Assembly: GCF_964355755.1 (NCBI RefSeq)
Contig: NC_092678.1
Coordinates: 7,704,422 to 7,768,421, forward strand
Reading direction: 5' to 3'
Length of the DNA stretch: 64,000 nucleotides
Source: Antedon mediterranea
Lineage: Eukaryota; Animalia; Echinodermata
The notes below the pieces were generated by a model that saw only the letters and a program-made list of their open reading frames with translations, had not been told where the DNA came from and ran no database searches. Numbering within the stretch: the first letter of the stretch is position 1; the number at the start of each line of letters is the position of its first letter. Positions 25,833-40,529 of the stretch are shown piece after piece. The position numbers and the translations under genes were made by a program.

Positions 25833-25869
25833 GCACTGATGAAGGGCTAGTGTTGCCCGAAAGCTCTGC
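25833..25869 (+). ncRNA. Minimal hammerhead ribozyme in a solo Penelope terminal repeat (~25775-26000)
   Basis: GCA-CTGATGA-A-GGGC(tagtgtt)GCCC-GAAA-GC-TC-TGC with a palindromic AGCT stem III. The 3' part of the repeat recurs at ~2050-2105. Confidence 0.8.
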
Positions 25870-26029
25870 TAACTTTTCTGGCTGTTTACTTTATCGTTTT
25901 GATTTAGCTTTTCGCTTTTTATTTTTGTATCTCCATTGAGATCCAGCCACTGATACCCACAGCATTGTCATTTTTTTCAGTAATTTGCCTTTGGATTTAT
26001 GATATATATATGATTATATAATATATATA

Positions 26030-27210
26030 TGATATGTCAATCATGCCATTTTATTAGAAAAGCTTTAAAATATAGGTTGTTCATCACATGCTCTTCAATG
26101 GTTAAAATCATATTTGTCAAATAGACAAAAACGTGCTATTTTTTAATGGTAAGATATCTGAACCAATTAATTTATCGGTAGGTGTACCCTAAGGTTCAAT
26201 TTTAGGACCTCTATTTTTTCTTATTTTTATAAATGATCTTTCACAAGTAATTTCTCATGGCAGTATATCATTGTTTGCTGATGATACCACATTATCTATA
26301 GCTGACAAACATGTTTGCAATATTGGAAATTCCATGTCTGAAGATATGCAAAACATCTGCCTTTGGATAAAAAAGAATAAATTAAGTATAAATATTGAAA
26401 AAAAAACTAAAATTATGCTTCTGGGTACAAATCACCGATTATCAGACCATGATTTCAAGATTAATGTAAATAATTATGAATTAGATAGAGTTAATACATT
26501 TAAATGTCTTGGTGTAGTTATTGATGACCAGTTAACTTGGCATGACCATGTGAAATCTGTATCCAAGAAGGTATTTGCAACTTTTTCTATCCTTTAACGT
26601 GTAAAACGTTTTATTAATCAGTCAACTTTATCTTTCTCTTGTTCAACCTCATTTTGAATAAATGTTTTGAAAATGATCTTGACAAACTTACTAAACTTCA
26701 AAAACGTGGAGCAAGATTAATATTAAATGCACATTTCCTCACACCTTCTAAAGATATGTTCACATCACTTGGTTGGTTAATTCTTTGTGATGTATTTGAT
26801 CTTAAGCGATCGTCTTTAGTGTTTAAGTGTTTAAATGAAGATGTACCCGAATACCTTAAATCATATTTTAAATTTTCTAATGAAAATAATAATCATTTTA
26901 CAAGAAATAGTTGCAAATCCCTTTCCCTGGAAAAATGTAGAACAGAATACTATAAGCATTCATTTAAATAGAAGGGTGCTTTTCTTTTTAACACATTAAG
27001 TGAAGAAACTAAATTGTCAAGTAATTTAAATGTTTTCAAAAGTAACTTTAAGGCATTACTGTAGTTTAAGTTCTATTGTGTTTTTACTACTGTTATTTTT
27101 ATATTTTAGTTTAAAATGTACTATTGTACCCAGGGCCCCAAGGTAGACCAGTCTTTTTGACTGATTAGGCCACCCTGGTTAAATATTGTTAATAAATAAA
27201 ATAAAATAAA
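26030..27210 (+). mobile_element. CR1/L2-group LINE, 5'-truncated and degenerate
   Basis: GVP*GSILGPL, FADDTT, LGVVIDDQLTW, LQKRGAR, followed by a 3' stem-loop and (AAAAT)n tail. Confidence 0.88.
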
Positions 27211-28854
27211 TATACAGTAAAATGATATCCTTTGCTAGCCTACTGTAGGGCCTAAGTTAATGTATAAAAATCAAATCATTTTTTTTTTTTTTACCATATT
27301 TAATGAGGGTGATCCATCCAGCAATTGCTAATCATTAGGGACCCTGAGAGGTTCACAAGACAAACATATACACAAGATGTTCTACATAAACAAAGTCTTA
27401 TTACAAGTCTTTGGTATATTGTAGTAAAATAATGAAAAGTTGGTAAACTTATTCTTATCATTTTTGTTGTTATTTATTGTCTAATATTATTATTATTCAT
27501 TTAAAGGTATTCTTAGACAGCTATTTCTGTGTAAAAACTGTGAAGAAGTGAATATTTTATAGTATTTTATCCATATAGCGATCTTTAATAATAGGTCAAT
27601 TATTAACCTAAATAGTAATCTATATATAAATTTACGTAAGGTTAAAATTGTTTATAAAATAAATAAATTGCGCCTTACTTCTAGAATTTTTACTCGATGG
27701 TATATGAAGTTGGTTCGTACATGGAGGTACTGATTTTAACCACCTAATTTAACCCTGTTTACTAATTAAATTGAGTTAGATAATTAGTTATTGACAATTA
27801 AAATGAATTTAGATTCAACGATTAGCCCCAAATAGGGGTGTTTTCCGATCGTGGTATACACTGTCTAATGGATATCCATCTTGAAAAATACCCGCACACA
27901 ATAATACGAGGATGTTTCGCATTTTCCTATCTCCTACGATAATTGTTTTTAATAGCTGAAAACCGGTTGAACAGCTCGAGTACAGAATCATAATGTTGAC
28001 ATTGCACTTTATGATATATCAGTTTGTTTATTTTAATTTAAGGTCACAAATTACATTAATGTAAAAATAAATACTATATGGTCCTATTGAGATAACTTTT
28101 TTCGTCTTTAAATGGTTAAAAATGTGAAAAATAAGGCGATTCTAATCATTTTAGCGGCCCGCTATAAATCCCAACATGCATTGCGAACGGATTGATTTTT
28201 TTTTTCTTCTGTAATTTACTCACTTTTCGATCAATCGTGAGGCCAAAACAAATAGAAGATTCCTAACTTGTCAGTGAAAATACTGGGTTTCCCCCAATTT
28301 GTATCAACGGAGTCTGGCAAAAACAGAAAGGTAATTAATTCAGCAAATATACAAAGTCAGGCTAAGCCTATACAGCTCGCGTACTATTGTATGTTCGTAA
28401 CGTTACCGATGTTAAGCAGCTAAGCCTACAAAACTAAGCCTAGCTAGGCTAGGCCTAAAGACGGCCAACGAGAGGACATTCACCGCGAGCTACTTAGGTA
28501 GTGAATTGTTTCTCTCTTTTTATCACAATTTACCATAAAACGTAGATTTAAGAAAAGGAATAACCTGGTTTAATGTTTTTAAATAACGTCACAAATTGTA
28601 GGGACTGGGTCTTTAACCATTTATTAAAATTTTTTCATTTTTTTTCTACGGAAGTGATTAACTTTATTCAAACTACAAAATAGCATATTCAAAGTCCAAT
28701 TTAATCTTCATTTTTCATGTTTTTGCCAGGGACAATACACCATTTTTTGAAAGATAAATTTGTTAGCCTGTCTTTCATAGAAAAAGAGATTTTCTTTATA
28801 CTGCAAAAAGTAGCCCTTCTGTGTATTGTCTTTTAAATATAGTAGTTCAAATAC

Positions 28855-28968
28855 CTTGATACTGGCATCTGTCTCCTGCATATCCAGTCCCGCATAAACA
28901 GCTAAATCCATATCCATAAGAATAAGCCTCACAGGATCCATTTATACAAGGATTTGATAAACATGGAT
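28855..28968 (-). CDS. Gene A exon 4: EGF repeat 3
   Basis: 114 nt, phase 1-1. DPCLSNPCINGSCEAYSYGYGFSCLCGTGYAGDRCQYQ. Confidence 0.85.
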
Positions 28969-29675
28969 CTATTCATTTTATTCAAATCAACAAAAAAACC
29001 ATAAAACTTTGGTTAAGATAATATGATCATGCACGACATAAAGATATTATGTAGACTAATTGCACTGAAATTAATATTTTTAAATGTATTAAAATTATGT
29101 TAAAAGAAATTAGTTAATTAATTAATTAGATTTTCATCTCTTTCGTAAAAATTCATCTCATTTAAAATAGCACGCACCTCGCTTTTTCGTGTTCATTAAT
29201 GTAATTATTTAGATAATTATCTTCTAAAATTGCTATCTTTATTTTACATTTTGATGACATTGTTAAAAATTGTATTAAAAGATGGGTCTCATAATTTCAT
29301 CTATGATACACTGTATATAACATATACAGTGTATTCCATAAATACTGTTATGCTTTATGACACCAAATTGGTAAAATTCAGCCCTGTAAACATATTTAAT
29401 CCAGGTCATAGGATGGCATAATTATTTTCGGTGTTCATATTTTAATGTATGTGCATGTGGTGTTTGCGCAGATAACCCGAATTCGTCAAAGTGACGAGTT
29501 CAAATCTAGTTTTTTTCTGTATTATCCTTCTTCCTTTCCAACCTATTTTTGTGCGCCGCGTTTCTCTAAAACGCGTGCGCACAGCTCGTACATAGCATAG
29601 AAAGGCCGTATTTGCAATTGATTTTCTGTGTATAGTCTTTTATTCTACTCTAGTGAAATATAGTAGTTCAAATAC

Positions 29676-29789
29676 CTTCATACTGGCATCTCTCTCCTGC
29701 ATATCCAGTCCAGCATGAACACCAAAATCCATATCCATAAGAATAAGCCTGACAGGATCCATTTATACAAGGATTTGATGAACATGGAT
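29676..29789 (-). CDS. Gene A exon 3: EGF repeat 2
   Basis: 114 nt, phase 1-1. Nucleotide-identical to 21104-21217 by manual comparison. Confidence 0.85.
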
Positions 29790-30299
29790 CTATTCATTTT
29801 ATTCAAATCAACAAAAAAAAACTATAAAACTTTGGTTAAGATAATATGATCATGCACACATAAAGATATTATGTAGACTAATTGCACTGAAATTAATATT
29901 TTTAAATGTATTAAAATTGTGTTAAAAGAAATTACTTTTTACTATTTTAAACAGCCAGATGACCAGTTTGAAGTTAACAAATGACCAGTTTTGAACAATA
30001 ATTGCCAACAAAACTACAACGTTTCTGTTGAATTTTATTCAATACAATCACAGAAAAACAATTGTTCTGTTTCTGCGATAAAATAACCAGTTTCAATAAC
30101 GGTTAAATGGCAGCTTGAAAATAAGGTTTAAAACAACCAATCGATAAACCAGTTATTGCTGTGCCAGTTTTAGCTGCAACTATCAATTATTGTAGCAGAA
30201 TGTTTTTTGACCGCCATGAGTGCATTTTGGGTAATAATTAATGTTTTTTGAGAACCACCTAAATGTGCAAACAAACTCTTTGTCAACTTTAATAAACAA

Positions 30300-33245
30300 G
30301 TTTCATTAGAAGACGATGAATGGCAAGAGGGCGATATATTGCTATGATGTAGTTTAAGTAGTTCACAACTGTATACATTGAATGGGTGTCATATTGACTT
30401 GTCCCACTTTATGGGGTTTTGTCCAATCTGGTTTTGTATTCAAACTTTTTCACCAACCCTTAATGGTGGCAAACATTTGGTATGCTCTGACCACTGCTTC
30501 ATAGACTTCATGTGTCTACTATTTTGTAAGGCTTCTTCTCGTTTGGCGAGTGTATCGCGCCATGTATCGTGGGGTATCTGCCTGGTAGAAATGGGATGTG
30601 ATGTGGGAAGTCTTTAATTGGCCGGCCGAACACGCACATGGCAGGGGAGAGCTTTGTTTCCTTATCAGGAGTGTTTCAGTACTGTAGCATGGCAAGTTGA
30701 AAGGCATTGGTTTCGAGTTCACCATTCGGTCCCGTGTTGTTGGTTATCAATCTTTTAGCAGTTTTCATGGCAATTTCAACTCGACAATTTGTATGAAGAA
30801 ATGCCACCAAAGAAAGTCGATGATGTACACCCAGGTCCTGAGAAAGTCACAAGTTGCAGTTGATGTGAATTCTAGGCCGCTGTCGGATGATAATTCATCA
30901 CATGCTATAAGTGACAAAAATGCGACGTAGGCTTGTAATGAGACCCTTGGCTCCTTCTGCTGTTTTTTCGACAATTGGCCAATTTGATTATCTGTCAACG
31001 ACAACTAGATAAGTAGTTCCTTTGTAGTAGAAATAGTCGGCGTATATGCACTGGAATGGATAAGCTGGTAATAGTGGAGGGTATGGTGGAGCAGTTGGTT
31101 GTGATGGAGCCATTCGATTGCAATGGTTACATTTGTTTCTGAGTGACAAAATAGCTGTGGTAATTCCGGGCTAAAATATGGACATCTCTGCTCTAGCTAT
31201 CATTGAAGATGTGCCTTGGTGAGCTGCGTGGAGTGTGGTCAGTACATCCTGTCGGAGTGAAGATGGGATTACGATACGCCCCTTGTAACTGTTAGTTGCA
31301 ACTCTCACACGATCCCAGGTAATGCACTCTGTGTCTACGTTGAGAGTAGTGATAACATCGCTTTGTAGTTGTGTTTCCAGTTGCGCAGTCTTCTAATGGG
31401 TGGTCTGTGCTACGAATCCCATCTAAGATTGATTGGCTAAAGTCAAAACACGAGACTTGAGGTGTGGTGTTTTCGGCGATAGTGAGAACGTCATCCTGGA
31501 GATTCATTTGTAATGGATATCGATCACCGGTTGGGTAGCGAGAAACTTTGTCAGCGGCACGGTGTTTTACGCCTGGAACATAAAGCATGCGGAAACGGTA
31601 GCGAAGTGTTTTTTCCTTGATGTTTCTTAGTTGGGCATTTGGTATGTCCTCAAGTGTGCGGTCTCCAAGTACTTTTAGTAGGTGTTTGTGGTACACTGCA
31701 ATTTTCAAGTCACTGCAGCCAAGGACAAAATATCTGGTTTTGTCCAACGCATCTGCGACTGGCAGGGCTTCACCCTCAATGGGTGCGTATCGTGATTCTG
31801 CAGAATGAGTGAATCGACTTTTCAATTCAATTCAATTTCTTTATTGCTGCAAATGCCATCAAGGGCTAATATCCGCTTATACTACATCATAAAAACATTA
31901 TACATATTTACATTTAAAATTTAAACACATAAAAATTATAGTCATTACTACTGTTGTAGTTATTATTTTTTAAATTATTGTAATTATTGTTATAATGATT
32001 ATTGTTATAGTTATTATAATAATTAATAAAAGTGTAATAAATTATAGGTCACATCTTAAGGGCAGTTTTAATGTCAAGCACAGAAGAGGAACATGTTAAG
32101 ATGAAAAGATTGAGCGAGTGAGAGAGGTAGAGTAGAGTGAAGAAAACGAGTAGATGTCCTTTAAAGGGAAGATGAGAAGATCGAGTGTCGATTGTGGCGA
32201 AGGACCATAGAAATAGTACGAACAGGAGGAAGAAATGGATGAAGAGGGTGTTCAGGGACTGTGTGATGGCACAAATAAATTTAAGTAAAAAATACTGATG
32301 CCTTAAAGAGAAGGGAATAATATTGAAATTAGAAAAAATGACGGGATAGGTAGAATAAGTAGTGATCAGAGAGGAGTTTAGCGACATAGAGTTAGAGACG
32401 TTTAATTCGGGCGATTTCATATTGGGGGAGGAGACCATAGGTAGAGCAAGAGTATTCAATAGCAGGTTGAATGTAGGATTTATATAAAAAAGCAATAGTA
32501 TCAGAATCAAGGTATTTAAGAATAGAGATTTTTCTGATAGCAGATTTGTAGACAGAAGAAATTTGACTTCCTATCAGGGTGACCTTCAGGGTGACCTTCA
32601 GGGTGACCTTCCAGCAAAATGGTTCAGTTTTACCACAATCACAATGTTTCTGAAATAGCCAAAATCCAGCCCTGTTTTTGACCAGTCGGTTGCAAGGCAA
32701 GTAGGCTTTGATTTCACACCTTCTTCAATTTCGTTTATGATCACCATTTTTGATTCTTCAAATATATTTTTGAGGTAGTCATCCTAGCGGAATGGTACTG
32801 TATTCCCGGTTTCAGTAGTTCGCGGAGTGGGAGCATCTTTTTTGCCTTTGAGAATGCATAAAGCCACTTGGTTAATTAGGCCGAACTATGAGCAAATGTC
32901 GGTGATATTCTTCGGTGTAGGAAAGTCTTTGATGGCCTTCAGATATTTTCGATGAATGTGGTGAGATGGCGGTCATCTTCATGAAGTGCCACACTATGGT
33001 AGCCGTTCCAGGCATCAAATACTGTTGTCTTTGTTCCATGTGGAACAGCTCCTGCTTGGTGGAATGGAGATCGAGTGTGGTGGGTATCATGTGTGGCGTG
33101 GGCTATCCACCAGGAGCCTCATTGGAGGACCTTCCATCTTCGGGGGTGTTTGTTGGTCACCGGTGTTAAAATTACTGGACTTGTAGTAATCAATGAGAAA
33201 CTGTTGTAAGCGAATGTGATTGTCATCTGTAGCTGGAAAAGGTAA
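30300..33245 (-). mobile_element. Degenerate Gypsy pol (RT-RNase H-integrase), interrupted by a LINE piece
   Basis: SRFTHSAESRYAPIEGEAL..., RLRNIKEKTLRYRF, ADKVSRYP, SDSGLEF in several frames. Confidence 0.8.
31820..32575 (-). mobile_element. LINE 3' fragment with (AATTG)n tail
   Basis: LYKSYIQPAIEYSC motif. The tail and UTR match 48850-49150. Confidence 0.6.
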
Positions 33246-34984
33246 TTTGCGGATAACTAATTATAAAATGATATTTACTTCTATTTAATTAAAATAGTAG
33301 GGTTTTAGGAAAAATACAGTATTTGCTGAGCTTAATAAATCCTGATCAGCTTTCACCACTGTGACTTTGAATGGGTTTGGGTGTAGGAAGTCAAATTGTT
33401 AAATGTCTTTAGTAGATTTCTATTTAACATATTTGCATTGTATACTTGCTTTATAAATTGATAAATGAAAACAAAAAACAAGATTCATTAATTATCTACC
33501 TAAAATCAACATTCGCACAGTATCAGGGCTGTAATTGTAAGAGAACTGATTTTGAATATCGAAACGTGGCAGGCTATAGGTGCTTGACCTTTGACAAGAT
33601 CGCCTAAAATTTATAATTTAAAACTACGATACTTAGTATTGTATATTGACGGGAAATGGTAAAAACATTATATTTTATTTATTTGACTTTGCTTCTCCTC
33701 GCTATGTGTGTAGAGGAACTCTACAACATGTTTTCGTGAAGCGATTTTTGTTTCGCTGACCAAACTGTTTCTTTTTTACATGTTTTTACACAGGGTTATT
33801 AGGCTTGCAGCGCATTTATTTGGGCACATTTGATAGGTAAACAAAATCTAAAACGGCGGGAGAGTATGTGTCAATTAGTTGAAAGAGAGCACGCCTTTGA
33901 GTACTCTCAGTAAAAAATAAAGATTGTACCTTTGTTGATCATTGGTGAATTTGAGTTTTAATGTTATTTGATAATGATAAATCTTATTAATCTTTGCGAT
34001 GTAAATCAAGTTAAATAAGTTGAAGGATATCATCTTAAAATCATTGGTTTATTATTACATACCTTAGTGGATTTTAGACTACACCATGGCATCCGTTTGA
34101 TGCAGAGTGTTTGTGACAGCAATATGTCTTATTAAAGGTTTATTATGAAATATTGAATTTGCTGAGTTAGCTATGTTTGGTTTATACATAAATATGTTTA
34201 ATAAGTCTAGTTCAGGTTAATTGATGTTAAGCCGTTACCGTATTATACATACAGTGTATGGTAAATAACTTAATCAAATAGTGTGTTGAACATAAAGTCA
34301 GGTCACGATAGAGGGCTCACTTGTCGTGTGACCTCTGACATGTAAACAAAGATGTCAGCACCCACGAGTTCGCCGCGCAATGTGACGATACATGTCTTGG
34401 AGTATTTACAACCTTTTGTTGAATTTGTTAATCGCATGCTAAATATAAGTAATATTACGGTGGGATATTTGTCTGCAGGTATATGTTGTATTAGGAAGGC
34501 ACAGGCTTTCAGTGTAGATTCAAGTAGTCATCTGAGCTAGAGCGACCACAATCACGTAACAATTATACTTATATATGTTTATTATTTCACTGTTACAGTT
34601 GTGATGATGCTTAAGGCTTCAGCGTTATGTTTATCCTTGTGTAATTCAATATGTTATCAATGATTCACAATTCCAATGCTTTATAGTGATTTACGTTTCT
34701 TACTATGTTGTTCTTTATTTAGTCACCAGACCGACGGACACATAATAAATGTTGAAATCTCAAAGTGGTTTGTTGTTTTGCGTCGTTTTATGTGGTACAC
34801 TATAAGCTTGGATGATTATTACAGAGGGTTGAAAGTTGCTGCGAAGTATCCTTGTTTCAACACGCTACACGATTAATGGTCAAGTCCGTAACAGGGGTGT
34901 ATATAATTACCGCGCTAAGCACATGATACTGGTGCTCTAATACTATGAAGGAACTAATTTTCCTCGATGGGAATGGTAAATGGG

Positions 34985-35239
34985 TGTCACGGAACTAATA
35001 AATAAACATTTATCACACCGATCAGTATAACCAAGTCTTTATTCGTTTGAGTTTGTGTGTGTGTGTGTGGCTGTAAAAAAGGGTGTGAATCGACACCTCT
35101 TTCAATATCTTGCATAAAACATCGTTTTGAGATGAAAACAATATATGTGACTGCCGAGCCGCCATTAACACTTATCGAACAGTGGAGACAAACTATAGAG
35201 GGCGGTACGCATAACAAATTATCAATCGCGAACAGAACT
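34985..35239 (-). repeat. 3' LTR of the BEL/Pao element
   Basis: Identical to 41104-41358 except for 2 nt at the PPT-proximal end. Confidence 0.95.
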
Positions 35240-35351
35240 CCCCCTGTGATGTAACACATCACAATAACTACATACTAAATAACATAACTATAAAGCATTT
35301 AAATAACAATACAAACTTCCTAAAACAAGAAGTAAGCAATCGAATCTAGAG

Positions 35352-38300
35352 TTATTTACTGTCCGATTCCACAAGTAGCACTAATTCATGCACAGGTCTG
35401 TTAAAACTCTTTCCGCTTGGCAAACGTACACTGACTTTACGAACGCAACCATCTTCTCCTGGGAAAACATTGTTCACAATGCCCATTGGCCACCGAATTC
35501 TTTTGGCACTGTTGTCTTTCAACAACACCACATCTCCAATTTTCATATTGCTTGCCTTGTCTTTCCATTTACGTCGTGGTTGTAATGTTTGCAAATATTC
35601 AAGTCGCCATCTTTTCCAGAACTGATCAGCCATAATCTGAACCAGTCTCCATTGGGCCTTGTACATGTTTTGCACGGTCCTTTCAATTATCACTTCTTCT
35701 ATTCCTGGGTGCTTTTGAGTTAACAACATAGACGGTGTGAGGTATACAAAATCATCTGCATGGTTGCTTAATGGAACAAGAGGTCTTGAATTAATAATAG
35801 CAACAACCTCTGACATAATCGTTGTTAGGACTTAGTGACTCATGTTTTTATTTTGGTGGTCAACCAGCATTCCATCCAGCACTCTTCTAGTAATCCCGAT
35901 CATTCTCTCCCACGCACCTCCCATATGGGATGCGTGGGGCGGGTTCATTTTCCATTCTATTTGATTCTTCACAAGATGGGTATGCAAATCATCATCGTTG
36001 CTTGCACCTATAAAGTTAGTGCCTTGATCTGATCGAAGGGTTTTGATTTTGCCTCTGACAGACACAAACCTCCTAAGTGCATTGATGAAAGATGACGTTG
36101 ACATTTCTTCAATTACTTCAATATGAATTGCTCTCGTGGATAAGCATGAGAACATAACGGCCCATCTTTTGTTTTTCGCTATACCGCCTCTTGTACGTCT
36201 GGCCACTATGTCCCAGGGTCCAAAACAATCAACGCCTACATGTGTGAAAGCTGGATCGCAAGACATTCGGTCTTCTGGCATGTCTCCCATCCTTTGAACA
36301 GCTAAAGTTCTTCTAAGTTTCCGGCACAGTACACAACGGTAAATCACTGAGGACACTAATTTTTTACAACTTGTGATCCAATAACCTGCTTGTCTGATCA
36401 TCCCTTCAGTTAAGTGTCTGCCTTGGTGATGTATTTTCGTGTGGTAATGATGAACAAGTAGCTTCGCCACATGGCTATTTCCTGGAATTAGTGTAGGGTG
36501 TTTTTCGATGAAGGGAAGTTTAGACTTGTGTAATCTACCACCAACGCTTAACAAACCTTCAGCTTTTAACATTGGTGATAGGGCTATCACGGAGCTATTT
36601 CTGTGAACAGGCTTTCCTGCTCTCAGGCAGTTTATCTCACTGTCGTAGAACTGTCTTTGCAAATCTTTGATGATAACGATTTCAGCTTGTCTGTATTCGT
36701 CTATGGATCTATGCTGCGTGCATATATGCCACCCAGAACATTGTGATGTCTTCTCACCTGCTCTGAATGAAGATGCTTGATGTTTCAAGTAAGTAATTGC
36801 TCTTGTCAAGCCTGTCCATGTAGAAAAGTGTTTTATTCTCTCTTCACTGAGCATCTGGGGTTTGATTACCACTGTTTTAAAGGTGGTAACTTCTTCTTTT
36901 CTAATTTCCTTGTCGTTTTCAGGGTCAACAAGAGGAAATGATGATTCTTCTTCTTTATGCAAATGTTGAGGGCCAGTGAGCCAAGCACATGACTGCAATT
37001 TTGATGGGTCAACATATCTAGTTCCATGATCTGCTGGATTTTGATCAGTTGGCACATAATTCCATTGATGTGGTTCACATACTAACAGCACCTTTTCGAC
37101 TCTGTTGGCAACATAAGTATGAAATCGTCTTGTAGTGTTGTTCAAGTACCCTAAGCATACCCTGCTGTCTGAATGGTATATGATGTCACTTGGAGGAAAG
37201 TGTAGTTCTGTGATGATGATTTTAGCTAGTTCTGTAGCAACTACAGTAGAACAGAGTTCAAGACGAGGAATAGTATGTCCTTGTTTAGGAGCTATACGTG
37301 ATTTTCCAATGAGGAATCCAACCTCGGTTCCGTGGATAGTGGTTGTTCTTAAGAATGCTACAGCTGCAACCGCTTGTTCTGAAGCATCACAGTACACATG
37401 CACCTTTGTATTTATCACATCCTTTCTTAGACTTTTGTGGTAAGTTCTTTGGATTTTTAGTGATGCCAGCTTCTTCAGGCTTTCTTTCCATGCGTCCCAC
37501 TTATGTTTCATCCCTTCTGGCAATGGGTCATCCCAGTCTAGTTTAAGATGCATGATCGTTCGGAATAGAACTCGTCCACGAACCAGCACAGGGGAAATGA
37601 AGCCCAATGGGTCGTATATACTATTAATGGTAGCTAGAACGCCACGTTTTGTGAATGGCTTTTCTTCGGGGTTAATGTGGAATGTAAATACATCTTCAAA
37701 TAGTCTCCATTGTAAGCCTAGACTTCTTTGAATAGGAGCGCCTCCTTCTTCCACATTAAAATCTCTGATTTCTTTGGCAATGTCTTCTCGTTCAAAAGCA
37801 TTCAACACCTCTTGGCTATTTGACGAAATCTTATGTAGGCGTACACCACCACTGGTCATCAATGCCTGTTGTGTTCGCTTCATTAAGGAGATTGCTGTAG
37901 CGTTGTCTTCACAAGATGTTAAGCCGTCGTCTACGTAAAAATTGTTATTCACAAAATCTACAACATCAGGGTCGGCTTCCTTGACAATTTCACGTAACCC
38001 ATAGTTGGCAACTGCTGGTGAGGGCTTGTTCCCAAAGACATGCTTACACATCCTGTACTCTATCAGTGGTTTGCTTAGGTCATTTTCTTCATACCAGAAA
38101 AACCTCAAAAAGTTCCTATGCTTTTCGACTACTCCAAAGCAATAGAACATGCTTTCTATATCACCACACACTGCTACGCCTTCTCTTCGGAAACGCATCA
38201 ACACACCAACTAGTCCGTTCGTTAAGTCCGGCCCTTTGAATAGAACTTGGTTCAGCGATACTCCCTGAAAGACGGCGGAAGAGTCAAACACACCTCTTAT

Positions 38301-40529
38301 TTTCTCCAATTTCTTAGGGTGGTAAACACCAAATAGAGGTAAGTACCAGCGTTCTTCGTGTGCTTTAAGTGGTGGTGCCTTTTCTGCATGTCCATTATCT
38401 AATACTCCTTTCATGAAGGCGATGAAGTGTTGTCTTTTGATACTATCCTTTTCAAGAGATTTGTGAAGTATCAGTGCTCTCTTCAATGCCTGTTCTCGGT
38501 TGTTAGGAAGTCTAGGTCTTGGTGTCCGAAAAGGTAATAGAGCAGTCCACTGTTTATCAGGATTTAACTTTCCTTCAGTCTCCATAATCTTTAAAAACTG
38601 CTTCTCTTCTCTTGAAAAACTTATTGTGTCTTCACCGCTGTCGAAAAGTTCATCCACTTTCACTTTGTTAGGACATGGGTCTAGTGTGGAAGGTTTTCCA
38701 TTACTTTGGATTTGAACACTTGTTCTGCATGCTGATATAGAAGTGTTAGGTACATGCACCTCTCCAAGGCAGGTCTCACCTATGACGACCCAACCCAAAT
38801 CAAGTCTTTGTCCCCAAGGTGCGTTGTCCGGACCATTTATCACTTCTCGCACCTTATGTACTTGGGGGGCATCACGGCCTAGAAGTATCAGCACCTCAGC
38901 AGACTGGTCGATAGATGGAATTTTTGCCGCGATGGATTCAAGATGTGGGAAAGCCATTGCAACTTCCGGTGTAGGGATTTCTGACTTATTTCCAGGAATT
39001 TCTTCACATTCAAGTAGGTTAGGTAGAATTATTTGAACCTCTCTGTTGATTGCTTCAACAACCACGGATTGCAGTTTTCTACCAGTAGTTTTCTTTTCTC
39101 CATTACAAGTTTTTATTCTATAGTTGATTAGTTCACCAGATATTTCGAGCAGGTCAAACATCTTGCTAGCCACCAATGATTTGTTGCTTTGTTCGTCGAT
39201 AAGTACATATGTTTTTACTACCTTGTCAGGATTCTCTTTCAGGTACACATTAGCTAGACATATCTTCGAGCACGATCTACTTACTCCTTCTCTGCCACAG
39301 ATGTCCAGACAGCTAGGAGATACATATTCAAGTTCGTTTGTGGCAGATGCATTCTTGCCAACCTGTTTAGGTGGTGTTGAGGTATTCTTTTCAACATTTT
39401 TAACTTGTTTTGGTTGTGCTGAGTCGTTCTTTTCAATATTTTTAACCTCTTGTGGAGGTGTTGAGGTGTCCTTTTGAGTATTCTTAGCCTGTTTAGGTGT
39501 TGTAGAGGTATATGTTTGATTGTGTAAAACATCTAAATGTCCTTCACTTTTACATATTTCACACTTCACTCTAGCTTTACATTCCTTTGCAAAATGAGAC
39601 CTCCCTAGGCATCGGAAGCATAATTTGTAGTCCTTAATAAGTTTCTTCTTTTCCAAGTATGATTTCGCTATGAACACCCTGCATTTCACCAATGGATGTT
39701 TTCCTTCATGCAGTGGGCACATGCCATCATTAACATATTTATTTGTAATATTTGTATTCTTTACATTCACCAATGTTCGTTGAGCCTTTGAGACACCTTT
39801 ACCACTGTTCTTGTGATTAGCTGGCCTGCAGAAGCTAGGATCATTCCATATCTTAGAATATTTTTGAACAAACTTGACATATACATTGAATGGTGGAAAT
39901 AGAACTTTATGGTCCAACTTGTACTGTGAGCCTGTCATACACCATTTTTCTTGAAGGTTGTTAGGAAGCTTTTCGACAAGTGGGTGCAAACCCCTTGCAG
40001 AGTCCAAGGCAGCTAGGCCTGGATATATACCTTCTTCTTTCATATACTGAATTTCATTCATCAGCTGGCTGAATAGCATTATTTTCTCAGCCTCCCATGT
40101 ATTTATTTTAGGAAAAGTCTCTATTCTAGTCTGAATATCCTTCTCTAATGCTTCGGCTGAACCATACTTGTTGTCAAGAATCCCCCAAATCCGTTCTAAT
40201 CCTAATTCTGGTCTGGAAATGTGTGAATTGTAAATTGAAATAGATAATTTGTGAGACTCGCTACCCAGCCATTTCATTAAAAGTTCCAACTTTTGTGACG
40301 GTGTCAAGTTTAATTCCATTGTGGTATTGTGGAAGGCTGCCTTCCATGCCCGGTAATGTGCTGCTTTGTCAGTAAACTTTCTTAGGCTGTTGTTTACCAA
40401 CTCCTTCTTTAGGAGAGCATTACCTATCTGCGAAGCCGCCTCTATAACTGTCGTAGGTCTGCTAGATTTATCAGGTATCGAACCTTCTGGTGTAAGATTT
40501 AACGCTGGATTGGGATGAGGATTTTTCAT
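35352..40529 (-). pseudogene. BEL/Pao Gag-Pol polyprotein with one in-frame TAA at 35832-35834
   Basis: CCHC knuckles (CFRCLGRSHFAKEC), protease LIDEQS, RT FYVDDG, RNase H YCDASE and TIPRLEL, integrase GVDCFGP, SDQGTNF, HMGGAWERMI. The 154-aa ORF 35352-35816 continues in the same frame. Confidence 0.93.

Noticed and set aside
32575-32612. Triple CAGGGTGACCTT repeat at a LINE/Gypsy junction
   Set aside because: Most simply a slippage or repair scar at the insertion junction, with no evidence of function.
34280-34870. Possible solo LTR next to the BEL element
   Set aside because: TG...CA-like ends can be chosen, but there is no matching TSD or second copy.
37135-39477. Plus-strand ORFs within the BEL element
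   Set aside because: They are antisense shadows of the long pol ORF with no recognisable motifs.
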